DNA of 64,000 nt. Origin: Scyliorhinus canicula. Taxonomy: Eukaryota. The DNA is taken from positions 220,622,863 to 220,686,862 of the forward strand of contig NC_052151.1 of assembly GCF_902713615.1 (NCBI RefSeq), written 5' to 3'. The translations under genes were made by a program, and so were the position numbers. The notes under the pieces are model-generated. The model was not told the DNA's origin and did no database searches. It saw only the letters and a list, made by a program, of their open reading frames with translations. Positions 60,011 to 64,000 of this stretch are shown here, in pieces (within the stretch, counting starts at the first letter, position 1; the number at the start of each line of letters is the position of its first letter).

Positions 60011-61720
60011 CGAGACTTGTTGCTCGCCTAGGAATATAAGTGTATTTGTGGTGTTTTTGGTGGAGAACAACTTGCGGGTAAGGGATCAGGCCAGACTTTA
60101 ATAATGTTTTGATTGTCCTTTGACTACGGTAGGTTAGGAGGATATTGGGGGTATCCGAAATACAATTTTTGTTTGAGGGTGAAATTCTTCTTATCCTTCT
60201 CTGCTTTCTCTTCTTTGGAACTGACGGGGAATATTTGCGTTACGTATTCTTTATTTATTGGGGGGAATTGTTTCCAATTAAAATGTGCTTTGTACTTTCG
60301 TTATTATATTTCCCTGGTTGCGAATTTAGCCGTATGGGCGGATTGCTATTAATAGGCCTGTTTTGTCCTCGGAATTGGCGAATGATATATTTTTCCATCT
60401 CCACGCGGTGAGATGGGTGGGAGGGAGGTACTCTGCAAGACGTTTAAAACTTTACTAGTTAACGTGATTGAAATGCGGGAGGAGCCGTATTGATGGGTCC
60501 AGTTTTCTTGAGTTTTCTTGACAAATTCACCCACCGTGTGCACCTTTTTCAGTTGTGGGGTTGAACCCAGGTTCGATTCCCCACTTGGATCACTGTGCGG
60601 AGTTTGCACGTTCTCCCCGTGTCTGCGTGTGTTTTCTCCGGATATTCTGGTTTCCTCCCATAGTCCAAAAATGTGCAGGATAGGTCGATTGGATATGCTA
60701 AATTGTCCTTAGTGTCCAAAATGGTTGGATTTGGTGGAGTTATGGGGAGCTTGGAGGTGTGGGGATAGGGTGGAGGTGTGGGCTTAGATAGCGTGCTCTT
60801 TCTGAGGGCCGGTATAGACTCGATGGTCAAAGTCGCGTCCTCCTGCACTGTAAATTCTATGATTCTATGAACCCACGCAGACACGGGGATAATGTGCAAA
60901 AGCCACATGGAAGGTGACCTGGCGCCGGGGTCGAAGTCGGGTCCAACGCGGCACTGCGAAACACTGCGCCACCGTGCTGCCCCCGAGGTTTTCCTTTATT
61001 TTTCACTGCCTCGTGATCTTTGGCCTCAAATTTCGGTTTGCTAAATCAAAATTTGTGACCTCTTGTATTTGGGCAGGTCATGCAGTCTCTTGGGCTTTCT
61101 CGAGCTTCTCTTCAGATAGACAGGTAATGTTGTTTTCAGGGGAAGGGGGGGGGTGGTGGTCAGGCACGATCAAACTTTTTCGTTTGTTATTGGACAACAA
61201 CGTCGATAAGATACTGGAATAGTTTGGAGAGCCGTGACCCATGCAGAGACAGATGGAGGCAAACTCCTGTCGGGTCTATAGACTGACGGCTTTGGCAATG
61301 GCCCAGTTTCCCTTCTCTCCGAAGAGGTTCTGTTTGAAGCTGGTGGTGTTGCCCACTTTTAAAATATGGTGGCAAATTAGACAGCATTACAAATTAGGAT
61401 CCATGTTGCTGCTGGACTTATTGTTGAAAGCACCGATTTTCTCATTCGGATTTAGGCCCGAGATAAAGGTCATGGAGAGAGTTAGCAATCTATTTGTGGG
61501 GGGATGGTTTGCTAGTATGGAGCTATTATCAACAAAGTATGAACTCCCGGGGATGAACTCATTTCATTCTGTCCAGTTGCGTGATTTTGTTCGAAAGTCT
61601 TTTCTCACTTTCCTCATGGCTCCGTCGCTCCCCCTTTTCAGTCGGATCCTATTGGATGTTGAGTCCTGAGGGTTGGCGGAGCATTTCGAACATCTATGGG
61701 GAAATCTTGCCAACGGAGGT
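60010..61720. mobile_element. Decayed L1 fragments interrupted by two V-SINEs (plus ~60540-60870, minus ~60870-60985)
   Basis: ORF 61241-61669 (PTFKIWWQIRQHYKLG...VQLRDFVRK) resembles the L1 ORF2 C-terminal region; SINE cores visible directly. Confidence 0.6.
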
Positions 61721-64000
61721 GGCCCCCCACAGCCTTTTGTGGCAAATATTCACCACCCTCAGGCTGAAGAAATTCGTGTTCATCTCTGTTTTAAATGATT
61801 GTCCCTTTAGTCCGAGATTGTGTCCAATGCTTCTAGTTTTTCCGACAAGTGGAAACATCCTCTCCATGTCCAGTATATCCAGGCCTCTCAATATCCTGTA
61901 AGTTTCAATGAGCTCCACCATCATCCTTCTAAACTCCAACGAGTACAGTCACAGAGTCCTCATCCATCCCTCATGTGGCAAGCTCTTCATTCCAGGGATC
62001 ATTCTTGTGAGCCTCATCTGCACCCTTTCCAAGGTCAGCACATCCTTCCTTAGATACGGGGCCCAAAACTGCTCACCGTGCTCTACAAGGGGCTCTGACC
62101 AGAGCCTTACATAACCTCAGAAGTACATATCTGTTCCTGTATTCTAGCTCTCTCGAGATGAATGCATTTGCCTCCCTAACTGCCGACTTAACCTACGCAT
62201 TAACCTAACGAGAATCGTGACGAAGGACTCCGAAGTCCTTTGTGCTTGTGATTTCCTAATCATCTCGCCATTTATAAAATAGTCTATGCCTCCATTTCTT
62301 CTTCCAAAGTGCATAACCTCACACATTTCCACATTGTATTCCATCTGCCACTTCTTTGCCCACTGTGCTCCCCTGTCCAAGTCTTTCTGCAGCCCGACTG
62401 CTTCCTCAATACTACCTGTGTCCCTCTACAGATCTTTATATCATCTGCAAACGTAGCAACAGTGTCTTCCGTTCCTTCTCCTAGATCATGAATGTGTATT
62501 GTCAAAGGTTGTGGTCCCAGCGCCGACCCCTGAGGCACATCACTAGTCACCGGCTGCCATTCTGAAAAATACTCCTTTATTCCCACTTTCTGCCTTCTGC
62601 CAGTCTCGCAGTCCTCTATCCATGCCATTATTTTACCCTTAACATCACGGGCTCTTAACTTATTTAACAGTCCCATATGCGGCACCTTCTGGAAATCTAA
62701 ATAAATCACATCCACGTTCTCCTTTGTCTAACTTTCTTGTTACTACCTCAAAGAACTCTGACAGATTTGTCAGACAAGACCTGCCCTTGACGAAGCAGTG
62801 TTGACTTAGTCCTATTCTATCTTTCACTTACAACAAATTTAGTGTTCCCAATAATTTATTTCCAATTAAGGGGCAATTTAGTGTGGGCAATCCACCTAGC
62901 CTGCACACCTTTGTGTGTCCCAGGTTGTCGGGGTAAAACTCACGGAAACACAGGAACAATGTGTAAACACCACACGGACAGAGACCCAGAGCCGGGATCG
63001 AACCTGGGACCTCGAAGCTGTGAGGTTCAAGTTCTAGCCCACTCCGCCACCGTGCTGCCCGATCTCATGTTTAATAGTGTACTCTAAAATCTTACCAATG
63101 ATCGAAGTAAGGCTAACCGGCCTATAATTTCCCATCTTCTGCCTCCCTCCCTTCTTAAACAGCTGTTTTACATTAGCCAATTTCCAGTCCTCTGGGACCC
63201 TCCATGACTCCAGTGACTCCTGAAAGATCGCTACCAATGCCTCCAGAATCTCCTCAGCCAACTCTTTTAGAACATCTTTTATGATGTCGCCCATCCGGTC
63301 GAGGTGCTGATCGACCTTCAGGCATTTGAGTTTCCCCAGAAGGTTCTCCTTAGTAATGGTCACTGCATTCAACTCTGCCCCCTGGTTCTCCTGGAGCTCT
63401 GTCATCTCACTGGTGTCTACCACCGTGAAGGCTGATACAAAGTAACTATTCAATTCGTCTGCCATTTCCTTTTTCTCCTATTATTACTTCTCAAGCCACA
63501 TTTTCCAGTGGTCCAATGTATATTTTTGCCTCTTTTATATATTGCAAAAAATAACGATTCCTATATTGCTTTATATTATTAGCTAGCTTGCATTCATGGT
63601 TCATTTTCACTCCCTCATTGCTTTTTTAGTTGTCCTCTGATCGCTTTTAAAGGCTTTACAATCCTCAGGCTTCTCACTAATCTTCGCCACTTTGTATGCT
63701 TTTTCTTTTATACTGTCCTTGACTTACCTCGTCAGCTATGGACGCCTTACCCCCCCCCCCCCCGCCTTTCCCCTTTCCTTAGTATGTTTCGTCCCCCTTT
63801 GGCGAATATCTGTTCCCCCCCCCCCCCCCCCCCGCACCCAACTCTCCCCCCGAATCCCACCTCAAAAACCCTGCCATTGCTGTTTCACTGTCTTCCCTGC
63901 TGGGCTCCTTTTCCAACCAATTCTGGCCAGCTCCTCCCTCGTGTCTTTGTAGTTACACTTATTTAATTGTAATACTTTTAGATCTGATCCCGACTTCTCC
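61720..64000 (-). mobile_element. Decayed CR1 LINE with a V-SINE insertion (~62848-63060)
   Basis: ORFs 62284-62715 ([12 protein letters not shown]...VPQGSALGP...FADD) and 63034-63465 (NYRPVSLTSIIGKILE). Confidence 0.88.

Overview
Vertebrate (cartilaginous fish) genomic DNA containing the core of a T-cell receptor beta (TRB) locus, all on the minus strand. A shark is indicated by the HE1/V-SINE, CR1 and L1 repeat content; catshark is only a guess. Reading in locus direction (high to low coordinates) there are six Vβ segments of one family at 44.6-57.9 kb (four apparently functional, two pseudogenes), then a ~32 kb V-D interval made mostly of retroelements. Next come a single Dβ (12315-12326, with 12- and 23-RSS), eight Jβ (6151-11833) and Cβ exons 1-3 (133-1504). 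The cytoplasmic Cβ exon and any 3' enhancer lie outside the window. Repeats include a full-length, TSD-flanked, probably intact L1 (36667-44061), a 5'-truncated CR1, decayed CR1/RTE/L1 pieces, many tRNA-derived V-SINEs and Penelope-type hairpin elements, one carrying a minimal hammerhead ribozyme core. There is one assembly gap (23670-23803). Coordinates were read by hand; repeat boundaries are approximate and no database searches were run.
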